Of a stretch of DNA of 64,000 nucleotides, positions 62,927 through 64,000 are shown one piece after another. The stretch comes from Flaccisagitta enflata (lineage: Eukaryota), in assembly GCA_965153355.1 (NCBI GenBank), contig OZ231126.1, positions 16,182,001 through 16,246,000 on the forward strand, given 5' to 3'. The notes below the pieces were generated by a model. That model was given only the letters and a program-made list of their open reading frames with translations. It ran no database searches and had not been told where the DNA came from. Each line of letters begins with the position of its first letter. The first letter of the stretch is position 1. Made by a program: the position numbers and the translations under genes.

Positions 62927-64000
62927 GTCCCGAAGGCCGTGTCGAGCGCCATCCGATTCACAGGCGGCGTTGTTAGAAATGTATGTCCGTCCGTTTCAGG
63001 GCATGTAAGTGTCTCTTTTGTAGTGTTTTTATTTTTTCTTCTCTACTATTCAATGCCCGTCTTTTTGTTTCTTTTGCCATTTTTTATATTGAACGCTAGA
63101 TGGTAAACTATATGGTTGCGCCTTGATTTTGTGCCATTTGTTTTTACTACGTAGGCAAATATACGTAACTCGTCCTTCGTATCATCCAATTTTTGATTGA
63201 TTGATTTTATTTATTTACGGCATTGCTTCCTAAAGTGATTGATTGATTTTTCGTGATCGATTGAATGCGCCTTGGGAATTTGCTAATTTCATTAATCTCT
63301 CATCTTTTTATTGCAGATAACTTATGAACGGACAATAATCTAGTTTGACTTCGATAGACTGTGGTTGAAACCAACGAAAGTGGGCCTAAAAGTAGTTTTA
63401 TAGATACATTGCTTTTATTAACGTTTTGTTTTTATCTTGTTTCCGGTCTGTTATTTTGTCTTTTGCCTTTGCATTTTTATTAATGCCGGATTTTAGCATG
63501 GTTTTTACCGCTTGCCCGATCAGCTTGCTATAGGGATGATATGGATGAATCTAATGGGATGGGCTGGGGCAGGGGCAGGTATTATCAGGTGGCATGGGCT
63601 CTTAAAGAAGATGAACATGTTGTCATAAAAAAGGTTTCTGTCCTTTTATTGTGTCCTATCTCGATTTCATGTTATCTTTTGCGTTTGCTGATCACAATTA
63701 ACGCCCACTTTCCCTTTCATTTTTCCCTCTCTTCAGTTGTTGAAATTTTATGGAATAAACGAGACGATCGCCTTCCTATTTCCGCCAACTTTCTTTTCAC
63801 CACAAGTCAGTCGATAGACGCCATAGACAGTGCCAAGAAAATCAGGCGTAATTTATATTTCAAATACGAAAAACGACTGACTTTTACATCTTGACCAACG
63901 AATAATAATGATGTCGCTACACCCATTTACACCGCCCCGACTGCTTCAACGCCATCTCGTATCCCACTTCGGGTTGAACTGCGTCCGAGGTCGATCGCTT

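Noticed and set aside
63737-63894. Possible terminal exon after a strong polypyrimidine-CAG acceptor
   Set aside because: No NPxxY/TM7-like or other recognisable motif in the frames I read.

Overview
Eukaryotic genomic DNA, most likely from an invertebrate animal (inferred from spliceosomal introns, the transposon repertoire and a class A GPCR). It is dominated by microsatellites and short non-autonomous transposons. Most long ORFs in the track are artefacts of simple repeats. Supported coding sequences are: (1) a 5'-truncated R4/Dong-type restriction-like-endonuclease non-LTR retrotransposon embedded in a (TC)n tract (25.5-27.2 kb); (2) an intronless nine-finger C2H2/poly-Q gene, broken by frameshifts, stops and a TTAA-duplicating MITE (30.7-33.2 kb); (3) five phase-compatible exons of a rhodopsin-like GPCR covering TM1-TM5, with very long ICL1 and ECL1 loops (42.9-48.7 kb); (4) a BEL/Pao-derived Gag-protease ORF with no RT or integrase, carrying a hydrophobic helix and split by a 1.06-kb insertion (49.5-54.0 kb); (5) beyond a 10-N gap, a heavily frameshifted BEL/Pao gag-pol on the minus strand with an extra downstream ORF (54.3-62.9 kb). 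Non-coding mobile DNA includes many Helentron/DINE-1-like (HINE) elements with swappable minisatellite cores and MITEs of Tc1/mariner, hAT, PIF/Harbinger, Kolobok and Chapaev type. Two Transib/RAG-like MITEs have 5-bp TSDs and ends resembling V(D)J 12-RSS signals (heptamer-spacer-nonamer); these are the most striking signal. All calls come from manual reading; no database searches were run.
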